DNA of 64,000 nt from the NCBI GenBank assembly GCA_951406725.2, contig OX597828.1, positions 65,968,001-66,032,000 of the forward strand, read 5' to 3'. This stretch comes from Octopus vulgaris (Eukaryota). The notes beneath the pieces are model-generated. The model saw only the letters and a program-made list of their open reading frames with translations. It ran no database searches and was not told the DNA's origin. Numbering within the stretch: position 1 is the first letter of the stretch; every line of letters begins with the position of its first letter. Both the position numbers and the translations under genes were made by a program. Below, piece by piece: positions 63,296 through 64,000 of the stretch.

Positions 63296-63532
63296 TTACA
63301 TTATTAAAGCATTTTCACTAATCCCAGCGCTTGTCTTAAGTAGAAAATATTACACAGTCCCAGAAGTCAGCCAAAAATCACTTCTCAAAAAAGTTTTTTT
63401 TTCTTTTTTACTTCTATTTGCTATGGGAAATAAAACTGTTTCCTAGATAAATATATCACTTGAAAATCATTTGAAATTTTATGATTTCTAGGAAATTATA
63501 GTGAGTGTGTGGTAGTGAACCATAGGAATGAT

Positions 63533-63995
63533 TAGGCATGGTGGATGTCTGGTAAAGAAACTCACTTTGCAACCTTGTAGTCTCAGGTTCAATCCCACAG
63601 TGTGGCACCCTTGGACAAGTGTCTTCTGCAATTGCTGTAGGTCAACTAATGTCTTGAGAGTGAACTTGGTAGACAGGAACTGTATGGAAGTCCATTGTGT
63701 GTGTGTGTGCGTGCGTGTGTGCGTGTGTGCGTGTGTGTGTGTTTGTTTGTGTGTGTGTGTGTGTATTATACATTTGTATACTGTGTTTGTGTTTGCACCA
63801 GCACCACTTGAAAACTGGTGTTGGTTTGTTTACATTTCCATAACTTAGCAGTTCAGCAACAGAGACTAACAGCCTAGGTACCAGACTTTAAACACAAATA
63901 AATAAATAAATGAGTACTGGGGTTGGTTTGTTCAACTAAACCTTCAAGATGATGTGCCAATATGGCTCCAGTCAAAGGACTGAAACAAGTTAAAA
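63533..63995 (+). mobile_element. Diverged SINE family A copy
   Basis: ggttcaatcccac..ccttggacaagtgtcttct..taacttagcagttcagc..gactgaaacaagt. Confidence 0.75.
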
Positions 63996-64000
63996 AATAG

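Overview
This is AT-rich, intron- and transposon-dense eukaryotic (animal) genomic DNA. The repeat repertoire and microsatellite load look like a coleoid cephalopod (Octopus-like); that is an inference. Two spliced genes can be rebuilt by hand. (1) On the + strand, an inhibitor-of-apoptosis (IAP) gene with six coding exons (23253-23661, 29245-29387, a 22-nt microexon at 34339-34360, 38672-38797, 41600-41701, 42027-42181) encodes a 318-aa BIR-BIR-UBA-like-RING protein with a divergent, short-tailed RING. (2) Converging on it from the - strand, a two-coding-exon gene (62549-62295, 58387-58106) encodes an unrecognised 178-aa His/Asp-studded multi-pass membrane protein. The rest is mostly mobile DNA: an intact mariner (DD34D) element, a full-length IR/DR Tc1 (DD34E) element with three stops, an RTE LINE with a PHD finger in ORF2 plus about 20 short copies of its 3' end, remnants of CR1/L2, R4/Dong, Tx1, Gypsy, Penelope, Tigger and Helitron elements, two tRNA-SINE families and MITEs. 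The most unusual layer is a set of hammerhead-ribozyme-like motifs in several unrelated short non-coding repeats. These include a three-motif cluster in (TA)n tracts at 6.8-7.6 kb and a head-to-head palindromic element joining a tRNA-like head to a hammerhead at 61.5-62.2 kb. Repeat boundaries are approximate unless a TSD or TIR is quoted.
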